From: Hydrolagus affinis
Taxonomy: Eukaryota
Assembly (NCBI GenBank): GCA_012026655.1
Contig: JAAILG010000480.1
Location: 1 to 64,000 of the forward strand
Length of the DNA: 64,000 nt
Direction: 5' to 3'
The position numbers were made by a program, and so were the translations under genes. Shown here piece by piece: positions 1-11,779 of this stretch (positions within the stretch are counted from its first letter, which is position 1; each line of letters begins with the position of its first letter). The notes beneath the pieces were generated by a model. The model saw only the letters and a list, made by a program, of their open reading frames with translations, was not told the origin of the DNA and did no database searches.

Positions 1-436
1 AAACAGGACTGGTCATCTTTACATGTTGGTTTGAAATTTGTATGAAGCGCTTTGAGAAATGTGAAAGGTACCATCCAAATCTAAATTGTCTTGACACTAA
101 TCCATACATTGGATATAGCACCTTTCATGTTGGGTGGACGTTTCAAAATGCTTCAGAGGATATACTGAGTATATTTTGTGAGTGAAAGCAGAGCCAATTT
201 GCATATGGCATATGTCCCATAAATAGTTGTGAAATGAATGACCAGTTTCATTTAGAGGATTGTTGGCCAGGATATCAGGAGAAACTCCCTTTTGTATTGT
301 GTCAGCGCTTTCTAGCATTATTGATTGACCTTTGTAAGTGCAATTGTATTGAAGGCCAAATGCAGTTTTGCTTACCGTACAAAGAGACTATCCAAAGTGC
401 TGCTTTGTTTTTTACTTTACTTTTTGACTATTCTAG

Positions 437-613
437 CTTTAAACCTGCCTGATGTGTTTGGTCTGGTGGTCCAGCCTCTAGAAATCAAGCTGCGAATTTT
501 CCGACTTCTGGATGTGTCCTCTATTTTATCTCTCTCATCGGTGTGCCGTGATCTCAATACTGCAATCAACGACCAGTTGCTTTGGAGATTTCTATACTTG
601 AGGGATTTCCGAG
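437..613 (+). CDS. FBXO7: FBXO7 F-box exon (internal, 177 bp)
   Basis: ttctag|CT acceptor and G|gtaagg donor. Translates (A)[58 protein letters not shown], recognisable as the FBXO7 F-box. Confidence 0.96.
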
Positions 614-1601
614 GTAAGGATTCATTGAAGTTTAGTGACAAACCAGCAAGATGACTGAAGGAAATATGCACCAAGTGATAGAGCCCTGATGGCTCACAAA
701 AATGTTTGTGGATCTTTGAACATGTACAGAGTGCTGCAGACACTGAAATAGGATGGCTGCATCTTATCTTTTGACTGATGTGTAGGTATAACAGTTTGGT
801 TTGTGTTACATGGGCTTACAAGAAGTCAACTCAGAAGCATTTTTAAAATTCCTGAATTCCTGCAGTAATCTATTTAATCGTTCTTATTTATGGTTGAGTA
901 CAGCATTCAGTAGGGGTTCACTACCCTGATGCTTTGCTTTCAAAGTCATATTGTAAGGAAAGTAGAAATTTAGAAGACTGAATACAATGTTACAGCTGAC
1001 TCCAAATGCTTTCTGCCTCACAATCCTCACCAGCATCATAAATTTATATAATTCCCTCTGGAAACTGTAGCATGTTGAGTCAGAAACTGTAGTTAAAGTT
1101 GAGAAACTATTTACAATAATTTGGTAATTAAAGTTTATGAGTTTCAGGATGGGCTCTCTTTTCTCTTGCTCCTTCCTCACAATCCCAGTGTATGAAGATA
1201 GATCATGGATTTGACTAACCAATCACAGCCTTCTGCTTAAAAAAAGGTTATTAGATTAATCTATCAGCCTGCAATCCCACAGCTAATAGCTGCAAACCAG
1301 AAGTTGAGTGGCTTTGCAGATAAATACTGTGAACCGTGTTGGAGCAGGAGTGGGGCACGTCTTTACATCAAGAGAATTCCTATTCAATGTAGTCCACTCT
1401 AAACTCTTCCTTCTGATCTTGGTACATAACCCATTTTTCTGGACTTTTCAACCAAGCATGTTATTTAGAGTATTGCTCAGGGGCAAATTCTACATGTCAA
1501 TACCCTTCACTGTGCTCTCCACTTTGTGGTTAGATTTTCATGTGTCGCACACCAATTTTCAACATTGTTGAAACTGTTTCCTTTTCTGTACTTCGAAACA
1601 G

Positions 1602-1633
1602 ATACAAGAACTATCAGCCAAGACTGGAAACGG
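1602..1633 (+). CDS. FBXO7: FBXO7 short penultimate exon (32 bp)
   Basis: aaacag|AT...CGG|gtaagt. In phase with both neighbours, giving DTRTISQDWKR (the DWK motif after the F-box). Confidence 0.9.
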
Positions 1634-1749
1634 GTAAGTGGAGCTTTTCAAGCAAAATCAAATTAGAACTTTGTTGTGACGCTATATAGCTAGGATTTTA
1701 TAGAATCCACATTCGTGCGATATTGATTGAACTTAGGGTTGAAATACTT

Positions 1750-1935
1750 GAACAACAACAAAATTGCACTTATATAGCGCCTTTCGCATCGGGAGGACAT
1801 CTCAAAGCGCTGAACAGTCAGGTCGGGCCCCGAGCAGTGGGGTGGGGTGGGGTTGGGGGAGGGTCGGGGAAGGGGAAGGAGAGTGAGAGAGGGGGAAGAG
1901 TTAGTGGGGCAGCCGAAGGTGCAGTCGAAGAGGAC
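1750..1935 (-). mobile_element. L2 LINE 3' end fragment
   Basis: Reverse strand ends ...gcgctttgagatgtcctcccgatgcgaaaggcgctatataagtgcaattttgttgttg, the (GTT)n-tailed L2 end repeated through the window. Confidence 0.75.
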
Positions 1936-2039
1936 CGCACCATTTGAACACTGGATACTTGTGCATCAGGCAATCAGCTGTGATTCTTGAATGGGAACAC
2001 AAGAGTATGACAGCTACACAGTGAGTAACAGAATAAGTA

Positions 2040-2247
2040 CAGTAAAAGACCGTTTATCCGGCACCCTTGGGACCTGGCCAATGCCGGTTAAAGCGTGTGC
2101 CGGATACTCGGCTGAAAACGCAAAAAAAAAAAAAATCAATGCATTTTTCCGGATAAATTCTGGTTAATCGAATGCGGACTTTTTTTTGCAATGCCGGTTA
2201 TACGGAAATTACAGTTGATTGGGTGCTGGATAAACGGGCTTTTATTG
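2040..2247. mobile_element. Tigger/pogo-like non-autonomous DNA transposon (MITE), 208 bp
   Basis: Left end cagtaaaagaccgtttatccggcaccc versus reverse complement of right end caataaaagcccgtttatccagcaccc (24/27 identical). TA flanks both sides (2038-2039, 2248-2249). Confidence 0.85.
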
Positions 2248-2671
2248 TACCATTAATTATATGGGAAAAAAAATCAAGGCAGGGGTGGTGTGGTGCTCCT
2301 AGTGCTCAATTACATGGTGAAAATAAGACTGGGATTTGGCTTGATCCAGTGAGTTCCTCCTTTCAGCTATGCCACCAGGAAGTTCCAAGTATAGATCAGT
2401 TATTTTCTACCCTTCACTCAAGAGAAACGCATAGTCTGTGAGCAAGTCACTCCAGACCAAGCTCACACGTTTCTTACTACCTGCCACATAGCAAAGGGCA
2501 AGCAATCTGCACTCAGAATTGGCCTGTGGGATGTGACTGAAACAGTGGGAAGGAAACAGTAAATAAATGTGAGGGGATGAGTAAAATAAACAGAGAATAT
2601 TGTACAGAAAAATATATTTTGAATTTGGGCAGATTCTGTTCTAACTTCAGTGTAACCATTATTTTTTAAAG

Positions 2672-3037
2672 CTGTACAAGGAAAAGTACCTGACGAAGAA
2701 AAGGTCATTCCACAGGAGCCCTCTGTATTTGCCACGTCCTCTGCCGATCGCTCCTGGTCAACCCAGCCCCTTCACTCCCTTCCCATTTGAACCGCATCCA
2801 ATATTTCCACCCGGGATCATTGGAGGAGAATATGATGAACACCCGCACCTGCCATGCATAGGAGGTCCCGTTAACCCATTCTTGCCCGGAATGAGCCCAG
2901 TGCCGGGAACATTGCCTCCGTTCAGGCCACTGAATCCGAATGATTCTATTCCAGGGATGCCACCTGCTACGGGACCAGGGTTTCCAGGGGCACCCAGGAG
3001 AGGTGGATCATCAGATATCAGACATGGCATCATCTAA
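2672..3037 (+). CDS. FBXO7: FBXO7 terminal coding exon (proline-rich region)
   Basis: ttttaaag|CTG acceptor. LYKEKYL...FPPGIIGGEYDEHP...DIRHGII*, containing the PPGIIGGEYD motif typical of FBXO7. TAA at 3035-3037. Confidence 0.95.
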   Translation: MYKEKYLTKKRSFHRSPLYLPRPLPIAPGQPSPFTPFPFEPHPIFPPGIIGGEYDEHPHLPCIGGPVNPFLPGMSPVPGTLPPFRPLNPNDSIPGMPPATGPGFPGAPRRGGSSDIRHGII

Positions 3038-3486
3038 AAACTGCACAGAAAACACATTGGAGCATTCTTAGTTTCTACATCTGTTCATTGGCCATTGTCA
3101 ATCTGATTTTTAAAAAATTGTTGAATTTTCACCGCTTGGCAATCCAACAAAGACCGAGTAGCAAAGACATATCCTGAATTTAAGCCTTTCCTTTAAAACT
3201 GACCCAAGATAATGAAAAGTCTGTGTTTTGTTGCTGTGGGGTGGCAGCAATGGGGCACAACAGCAAATTTTCCATTGTGATTTGTTGGCTATAGTTTTAA
3301 TAGAAAATTTTTATTGTATTCGTGCTATATTTTTGACGGATGATTATAATTTAGGAGAGTTGCATAAAACGGATTGATATTGCACAAAGTGATTGTAAAC
3401 AATTGTAACAAAATTGTAATTTCAACATTATCTTGCTTCTGAGGCTTGTTTTGAATGCTGCACATGAAAGAAAGATAACTTGCTAA

Positions 3487-3492
3487 AATAAA
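3487..3492 (+). terminator. Candidate FBXO7 polyadenylation signal AATAAA
   Basis: First canonical hexamer after the stop (~450 bp downstream), in AT-rich context. Use not shown. Confidence 0.45.
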
Positions 3493-5972
3493 TGCATCAT
3501 TAACTTTACATAAAAACCACCGAAATAAGTCAATTTCCAAAGAAATTTATATTGTGCAGTACAATTTTTTTTGGTCAACTGGGATTCTGACATAGCTGTC
3601 ACCATGTTGGGGTTTAACAAGCTAACACTGAACAGTTTGCAATTGCGAACAATGACAAGCTTCCTGCGACTTCTTCAGCTGGCACCAACCTCCCGAGTAA
3701 TTGGGGATGAAACAAGTAGCAGATAGGTGAGCATGAAATGCTGGCTGACTTATGTCTAAGTTTGGTATGAAGTTTCTTATGTCTGCTGAAACCTGGCTGG
3801 TTTCATTATTGAGGATTTTAAGTGAAGAGTCACATCTAGTGAAATACACAACCACATGAAGTAGACGGCTAGATACATCAAGTGGTTACGTCTGTAGAGT
3901 ATAGGATGAAAAAAGGCTGGGGGCCACACATTTGAGGTCCTGAGGAAAATCCACAAGGATCATCCTAGTGTTCAGGTAGTTGTAGGAGCCAGAAGAATTT
4001 TTAAAAATTTCAATGCAAGAGGAAGAGCGTCCGAGATGTTATCTGTATTTTGAGCAGTGGAAGTTCATATCAAAGTGAAGATAATTCGTTAAGTCATAGT
4101 GACAGGTGCCATCTCACACACAGCTGTGCTATTTAAAAGCAGCTGCACAGTACTGGCCATCCATGGTACACCGGAGCATTTAATCATCCAGACTATTAAA
4201 TGCTCAACCTCTTTCCATAAGCCATCAGGATTGTGCTGCCTCCTTCAGCCTGAGGGGCTGACCTGCACCGTCTTAAAAGCTTGTTAAGAGAAAAAAGTCG
4301 TTTAATATTTCAGCAGATGAAGGGTATTGGGTTCAATGCCACAGATCCGCAGTGCACAATTGGAACTTGACATTAGAAGTGCTAAGTTACAGGAGAATCT
4401 ACATGACTTGATTTACGAATATGCGGATGACAAGTGGATAGCTTTCAGAAAATTATTTATATTCTGAAATGAAATAACCTGGTAAACAGGAACTTTTTAA
4501 TCAGGCAGCCCATTCTATTGCAATGTCAAGTTTCGGCCCAGCGCTAACCGGTATCGATGTGGACAGAATGTCTGTTTGTGGACAGAATTCAAGTGCTCCG
4601 AGGCACTGCCCTGCGTGTAGTGCACTGTATAAACGCAAGTCGTCATTGTGTTCAGGTACAGTCTTTTACTATCTTGTTCCCCAATTCATTGTCCTCCATC
4701 TAACAGAACAGGCAGCAAACTTCCCCCAGCACTTGCTTGCTGTTGGCCATGAGGAGAATAACAAGATTATCCTTGATTGATTTGTCGTTGACTTGTTTTG
4801 GGGGCACTGGGGATTGCTGAGAGAGAGAGAATAGACAGGCAATAACAAATGTTAATCATCTTTGAAACCCATGTTGCCCTTACACACTAAACTCCTGATA
4901 ACTCGTTCCTGGCTTAACTTGTCATTACCACCTAAGTGATCATCTTGTCAATATCTTGGGCAGATTTATTTATGTACTGAATTTATACATATACCTAACT
5001 CTGTTCTGGATAAGACAACATTGAGCCCATTTCCATTATAATGACAAGTTATCAGGAATTTGCTGTATTAACTTATTATTGAAGCTCAGCCTTTTAGCAG
5101 CACATGGGTTTGGTTGTGATCCTGACCTGGGAAAGGAATTTCTTGCTGTTTGGTGGACTGAGGGAAAGGAAGACATATTTGGCAGAAAACGACCTGTTAA
5201 CTTAGTTGGAAAATGGTGTGGGAGAGCCGTTGAAGCCAGCAATGTATTGGGTTCATACTGTTGTCTGATGTCAGCCGGAGAATCAATAAGGCTGCTATAA
5301 ACGGCCTCAAGGATTAACTGAGACTGGAGACAGAAGTGGAGTGGTGGAACAGATACCTGCTAAAAGTAGTTAATGAAGTGCCGACTATCAAATAACTAGG
5401 TAGACGGAAGTATTTCAGATTTTATTCGCTCATTGTGCTCCCGGCCTAGAATTATTCTTAACGTCCAATTTCACAATTGCTTTTGTGTTCATGTGACACC
5501 CACACATATACCTAACCCTTCAATTCACATTTCCACTGCAGAAACCTGTGCACCTAATTTTTTCTGTGGATTATGGATGAAAGCAACTGGGTTCAATGTT
5601 CAATATTATAGCATGTCGGAGGGTGAAACACTCTGGGTTCAATGTTGTAGATGAAACACTCTTCTCTTCAGTAATGTATGAAACAAATATTTAGAATTTT
5701 TTTTGCATTCGTTTTTCTCCCCTCTCCATCACCCACTTATATAGCTAGACCAACTGAGAGAGCACTGCGACCCCTGGCTTAAACTGAACTGCAGCTCACC
5801 AGGAGGAGATGGGAGCTTTTGCTTTCACTCCTCTACAAAAAAAGAACTTGCAATCTGCTTGGCATGAATGGTGCATCAGTCTGTTTGTCAGAGTGGCAAT
5901 GTGTACCCAATCGTTATATCTAGCATATAAAAGAGCAGATGGATCTCGACTAATAAAGAGCACAAAAATGAC

Positions 5973-5978
5973 TTTATT
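5973..5978 (-). terminator. Candidate SYN3 polyadenylation signal AATAAA
   Basis: Minus strand reads gagaAATAAAgtcatttttgtgctc, 1.4 kb after the SYN3 stop. Alternative hexamers at 6544-6549 and 5421-5426. Confidence 0.4.
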
Positions 5979-7383
5979 TCTCAAAAAAGTGTAACCTTAC
6001 TCCAGTACATCACAACAACAGAGCAGAAGGTCCAGAGACTTGCACAAGCACAACGCTCTTCCTCATCACAACATTAATTTACTGGTTCATTTATAAATAA
6101 ACTGCAGAAATCTGACGACGGAAAGAGAAGAGTGAACACTTATAGGCAGAACAGAACCTTCCTGTTATTACCAGCCTCCTGATTTTGAACAAACATTCCC
6201 TGCTCCAAGAAGGGCATGTTTCATCAGTGCCTGAGACCCTGCAGAGTGATATTCCTTCAATGCTGAACTTACAATAACACTGTGGGGAGGGGATTGGACA
6301 GGGGGGGGGGGGGTGTTGGGGGGAGGAAGAGAAAGCCTTTTTATCCGGCTCTAAAGTGGGTCTTGGAAGAGAGAGGAGGAAATACCAAAAATTAAAAATA
6401 AATATATGCAATTGATAAGATTTTAATAAAATATGACATTCTATACAGTGTGCGCCAGTTATCTGCTCCCTCTACTGAAAGTGGAGACTTGCTGGATACA
6501 GTTCTATTGGTGTTGGCATCCTCCGGTTCCTTATCAATTGGCCTTTATTCACATGTGAGACCAGATAGTGAGTATTGAGCATGTTAGTTGGCTGGGCAGT
6601 GGTAGGATGGTGGGGGAAATTTTGCTGAAGGTTTTTAGACAAATAGAGGAAGATATCAAAGTTGATTCCTGGCATTTGCTGAGTTAGTTGATCTCAGCCC
6701 AGGTAGCCTGAGGCATCATCATTGGTTTCAGTGTTCCTTGATAAGGAAAGGATCCTTGACAGGACAAGGATTGTAACCGGGTGGGAGGAATTCTGCTGGC
6801 TCTTCGCCAGCAGAATTTCTCTCTTCCGGTTACAATCCTGTGCCCCATCCTGAACTGTGTGTGTGTGTGTGGATGTCGGATAAGAGCAAGATCAAACAGC
6901 TTACTAACGCTCATTGTAAAGGATCACACAGGAAGGACGGATATTCTATTGAGGATGGGCAGGACTTGTGGCACTGTATGCCTGTACAAAGTGAGGCTGT
7001 GTTTAGGAGGGGAGGGGAGTAAAATTGGAGGAAATAAAACTTGAGATTTCAGATAGGCAGTCATTTACTATTTCATGACGGCATCCAGTACAACACTCAG
7101 AGAAACTGCCTTGTGAGATAAAGTGCACAGTTCGTCACACCACACACACTTACATCTGACAGTTTTTTTTTAACCGCCCTTTTGGTTTAGTAGGAAAACA
7201 GCAATTCACATTACACCTTGCTGTCTAGCAATTAAACTTCCTTTGTGTCACTGGCAATCATGTCCGAATCCCAGATGTATCCAACCACTTTCCCATTGCC
7301 CTATAAAGGAGGGTGGGGCCAAGCACTGGGTTACCCCACAGGTTCTCACTCCTTGGAGCTGGGTGTGAGAACGCCTCAAAGAG

Positions 7384-7516
7384 TTAGTCAGAAAACAGGC
7401 TAGCAAACGACTTCCTCAGGTTCCGGATGGTCTCCGCTTTTGCTTCGTCCTCATTCGCCCCGGAGCGTGGAGGAGCCTCAGTAACACTGAAGCTGTTTGT
7501 CAGGGACTGTGATTTA
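7384..7516 (-). CDS. SYN3: SYN3 terminal coding exon (domain E)
   Basis: tttttcag|T AAA TCA... translates (N)KSQSLTNSFSVTEAPPRSGANEDEAKAETIRNLRKSFASLFSD*, the synapsin a-isoform E domain. Missed by the ORF track. Confidence 0.97.
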
Positions 7517-7629
7517 CTGAAAAAGAGAAATGAGAGGCGCATGTCATTAGGTAAGCAGGATGTGTCCCTCCAGGGAGAGAGTGCGCGCTCGATTGCAACA
7601 ATCTATCTCTGGAATTTCCATGTGTAGGT

Positions 7630-7815
7630 GACTCTCCGACCCTCCTTGACCCTCCTCTTTGACGGTCCCATCGGTCACCCCAAATCTCCCCCTTTCCCTC
7701 CACCCTCCCCATCCCCAACCCCAGCTCAGGTCTGAAACAATGACTGTCCAGTGCCTTGAGACGTCCTCCTGTCGTGAAAGGCGCTATATAAGTGTAAGTT
7801 TGTCGGTGGTTGTTG
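7630..7815 (+). mobile_element. L2 LINE 3' end fragment
   Basis: accctcctctttgac...cagctcaggtctgaaacaatgactgtccagtgccttgagacgtcctcctgtcgtgaaaggcgctatataag plus GTT tail; same family as 17206-17424. Confidence 0.75.
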
Positions 7816-9054
7816 TGGGTGGGATGCATGGAATTCTCAGTTTGATTTAGATTCTCCTCAGCATGGTGATAGGTTTCCACACATGTCAGATACCAAGCTG
7901 ACCCTCCAAAATCAGTGTCAACCCTGTCACACTCCTCTTCTGATCATTGCGCATTATGTTGCCTCGTTATTAACTCCTTATGAAGCAGCATCACAACGGT
8001 TTCAAACAGCCGTACAATCGATTGTACCCTTGCAATCTCCCACCATTTTCCATCAACGCAAATACAGTATCTCATCGTCGAATAACCCTGAATCTTTTCT
8101 TCGTTTCCAGGAACTTGCTCAGTTAATGTGTGAGGAGCTGGACAACGTTAATTCTTGTTCCTAGTGAAGATTCCAATATGTCTATCCATCTATTCCCATC
8201 TTTTGCTTTGCGGGCATTTATTAATCTTTCACCGTGCTGGATTGTCCGGCTAAAAAGCTTTCTCATAAACAAATTAAATATGTTATAGTGTTATTCCAAA
8301 TTGAGTGGTGTGATGGAGTGGTGTGATGGAGACCGACACTGGATTGTGGTCTCACGTACAACACCATAAACCACTGCAGGAGCCTGGATACTAAACAACC
8401 AGTTAGGAGAGTATGGAATCTTAAAAAGTAATTAATCTGATTAAAACCTGCTCCCTCCAGGCTACAAGAAACCTACTCCATTTACTGTACATCCCACAGA
8501 AGCTCCATTGAAAGATGCCTAAATCTTTCAGCAGAAACACTGATCCAACTCCACTGTTCAAACCTTCCCTCTACAGGGGACACTCGCTGCTCTCCCACCT
8601 TCTCCCAACCCCAGGAACACAGAAACCACCGGGTCCTATGGATCAATGCATTCAGTTTGCACCTGTCTTGCACATGTCTTCCGACATAGATTTCACATAG
8701 ATTGTACAGGGCAGGAACAAGCCATTGATCCAACTATTCTGTGCTGGAGTTTATACTTCACATGAGTCTCCACCCACCCTCACATCCTCCCACACCCTTC
8801 TATTTCCCTCTCTCTCATGTGTACATAAAAGTGCTAGATATTTGATTCCGTACATTTTAAGGGGATTAATGCCGTCAGCTGCTTGTTGTCGGAGTTATTT
8901 CCATACATATTTTGTTCTGTGGGAAAATAATCTAATCTTTACTGCTTTGGGATGTTTTATTTTAAACCCCCAGTTCTGGGCTGGCCTTCTCAGTCAAACA
9001 GAACCAATTGTGAAGTAATCTGGAGCTGCTTAGGTCAGGATACTACAAACAAAC

Positions 9055-9252
9055 AAAAATCAAAATTGCATTTGTAGAGCACCTTTCACGTCAGGAGGAT
9101 GACTCAAGGTGCTTAATAGCAACATGTTAGGTAAGGGTATCAAGGGATATGGAGCAAAGGCGTGTAAATGGAGTTGAAATTCCAATCAGTCATGATCTGA
9201 TAGAATGAAGGAGCAGCCTTGAGGGGTTGAATGGCCTCCAAATGTTCCTATT
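9055..9252. mobile_element. L2 tail (-) abutting a CR1 3' UTR fragment (+)
   Basis: 9055-9115 is the reverse of the L2 tail. 9125-9252 reads aagggatatgg...ggggttgaatggcctcc...gttccta, a CR1-type 3' end. Confidence 0.6.
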
Positions 9253-9341
9253 ACTGCGGGAGTGAAATGAAAATTATGGCAGCAACGTGCATAAACAAAA
9301 AGGGAGAGAATATGGCTAGCAATTCTACGGCCTGTACTTAC

Positions 9342-9645
9342 TTGAGGTGCGGGTGAGGTGCAGAGCTGTGCTGCTGTGCTGCAGCTCCAGACCCCGGCTG
9401 AGAAAGAGCCTGACCCTGAGCAGGAGGCCTGGGCTGTGGGGAAAGGAAGGGCCCAGGCTTGGATGACTGGTTAGGGGAAGTACCCGCGGATTTGACCTGC
9501 TTCGGAGATCCCGAACCTGGGGACTTCTCTTGCTGGCTGGGGCTGGGCTGGGTGCTTTGGGGCTGCTGGCCTTGTGGAGAAAGTCTTTGCTGTGACACTG
9601 AGCTGGAACGCTGGATCTGAGGGCTGTGGGACTGTCTTGGGCTTC
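9342..9645 (-). CDS. SYN3: SYN3 domain J exon (304 bp)
   Basis: ttgcag|GA...AA|gtaagt. (G)SPRQSHSPQIQRSSSVSQQRLSPQGQQPQ...GTSPNQSSKPG...QPRPPAQG...APHPHL(N); QQRLSPQGQQP is characteristic of synapsin III. Confidence 0.95.
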
Positions 9646-9732
9646 CTGCAACCAAGAGAAATAGGTTAAGGTTACAGCACTCCCCTCAATAATAACATAT
9701 AAATAATAATAATCCTTGCAATCCTTGCTTGT

Positions 9733-10084
9733 GGAATCTCTTAGCGTACTGGTTAGCACACTTGCTTCACAAGCAAGAGGACCCGGGTTGGATTCCCGAG
9801 TGAATGGAAACCTTATGCAATCTTTCTTACTGCACATACCGCTGTTCACCTAGGCAGAAAGTCGGAACTGGGTTGTTAGTTGATTGGTAGATCACTTCCT
9901 GAGGTTAATAATACCTCAACGAAAATGTGTCCACTCAATCCATGACTGTTTGTGGGAAACTGCTGTGCGTAATCTGTGTTTCACCCACAACATACACAGT
10001 CAATCCACTTTACCTGTGAACTGCTTTGAGATGCCTCACAACGTGATAAGACGCTATATCAAATTCAAGGATTATTATTATTAT
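9733..10084 (+). mobile_element. Full-length tRNA-derived SINE (main local family), nested in an older minus-strand SINE
   Basis: Pol III A/B-box head (actggttagc...gggttggattccc), shared body, and tail ending caaggattattattatt. Confidence 0.85.
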
Positions 10085-10515
10085 TTGGAACATTATCTTT
10101 CATGTCGGGAGGACATCTCAAAGCACTTTACAGAATCTACTGTAAACAACAACAACAAAATTGCACTTGTATGGCGCCTTTCACGTCGGGAGGAAGTCCC
10201 AAAGCACTAAAATGGAGTGACTGGGTGACCTGATGGGCAAGTAGGGCTGCAGTTGTACACGGCAATATCCCACAACTGGATGTAATAGAGTACGTAACAA
10301 ATAATGTATGTTCTAACAATTTTTTGTCTGCCTTTTCTCCAGCTTCTGCATACTATTGGGTCTTGTGAAACTTGAGATCACATTATAGAATATCCTGTAA
10401 GTTATAAGGCACTATATCAAATGCCAGAATTATTATTATTAACTGAAACCCCAATATCTCTAAAAACAAAGGCATATTGTAGTGAGCTACTATCCGCTGT
10501 GTAAAGTGTACATAC

Positions 10516-10618
10516 CTTGAGGGGCTGGACGAGGCTGGGCTGGCTGCCCCCACTGCGAGACTGATCCTGGCTGAGGCTGCATCTGAGACTTTGTGGGCTG
10601 TGGCTGCAGCTGCTGAGG
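10516..10618 (-). CDS. SYN3: SYN3 Q/P-rich exon (103 bp)
   Basis: ctttcag|CCT...CAA G|gtatgt. PQQLQPQPTKSQMQPQPGSVSQWGQPAQPRPAPQ(G); phases 0 and 1 fit both neighbours. Confidence 0.88.
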
Positions 10619-11267
10619 CTGAAAGAGATGTTGAGGAGAGTAAGGACATTGCGGTAGCAGGAGATGTGTTCAATGATAGCTGGTATTTGTTTTCACCATA
10701 CACACAAACTCGAGACAGAGAAGGGTCTTTTCCATCTTGCCAGAACATGGAAAGCTGGATAACTGTACTACATCAAGCTTCAGAATCACAAACAGTGGGG
10801 CAGGAGCATCCAGGTACAGAGGTGTGAGCGAATATATATTTTGCCTATAAAATACATAATCCACTTTACAATATATTCAGTAAAGCGCTTTGGTGAAGTG
10901 CTTTGAGTTATCTCAACGACACGATAAGGCACTATATCAAATGTAAGGATTATTATTATCATTCTTGTTGTGAAGGGAAATTTCAGGCCCAGATGATAGA
11001 ATATGTTTCTTTATGCACAGGGTAAAAAGCTGGAGTGGGTTACCGGGGCATGGGGGAGAAACGAGGCCAGAACATGGGAGAGAGAGAAGGGAGCTGGTCA
11101 AAATAATGCACTGATGGGAGACTTAGGGCTGGGGCAATGCCTAGGGAGACCCTGTGAAGGGAAACTTTCAAATACTGAACAGCCCTGAACAGAATGGATA
11201 TGCCATATACAAATTCACTGACTCCTGTGAACACGATAAAGAAATAGCGGAGGGTGCTGCCACTGAC

Positions 11268-11417
11268 CTGGCCCAGTGTCAGTCCACTTTCTCTCTGCTG
11301 GGAGGCTGCAGGACTGTCTGACAGAAGCTGGTTCATTTTCCCTATCGTCAGCTCTGCAATCAGCTGTCTGTCCTCCTCCACATATTCTCCAATCAGCGGC
11401 ATAGCGCTGTCCATCAC
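11268..11417 (-). CDS. SYN3: SYN3 exon, end of domain C (150 bp)
   Basis: cacag|GTG...CAG|gtcagt. VMDSAMPLIGEYVEEDRQLIAELTIGKMNQLLSDSPAASQQRESGLTLGQ. The donor is less certain than the acceptor. Confidence 0.9.
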
Positions 11418-11760
11418 CTGTGAATAAATGGAAAAGACAGCTCAGTGATCACGTCTCAGTGCCCATGCATCAGTCTCCCTCTCACTCGCCAGCTCCAAGG
11501 CACTTTATTGGATGTTCCTTTGTGTCCTAGATCATGGTCAGTTTCCTAGAGATGATACATCCCATCTACCATTGTTGTCATGAAGTACACAAAACATTTG
11601 AATGGGACAAATATCTCGAGGTTTAGCCTGTGTAGAACCTGGTATAGCTGGACTCTCTGGCTTTCAGTGTACACAGGATTTAGGCAACTTATAAACAAGG
11701 TTTGATGTGTCTATTTGAGTTATTTAAACTTTTTGCTCCAGTTGGCCGTGTTCCCACATG

Positions 11761-11779
11761 TTGCCACTAGATGGCAGAC
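11761..11779 (+). promoter_or_regulatory. Candidate CTCF site
   Basis: ttgCCACTAGATGGCAGac matches the CCASYAGRKGGCRS core. Confidence 0.5.

Noticed and set aside
11400-11425. REST/RE1 half site GGACAGCGCT (and CAGCACCCTGGAGA at ~56177)
   Set aside because: The first is a half site dictated by the MDSA codons; the second misses conserved positions.
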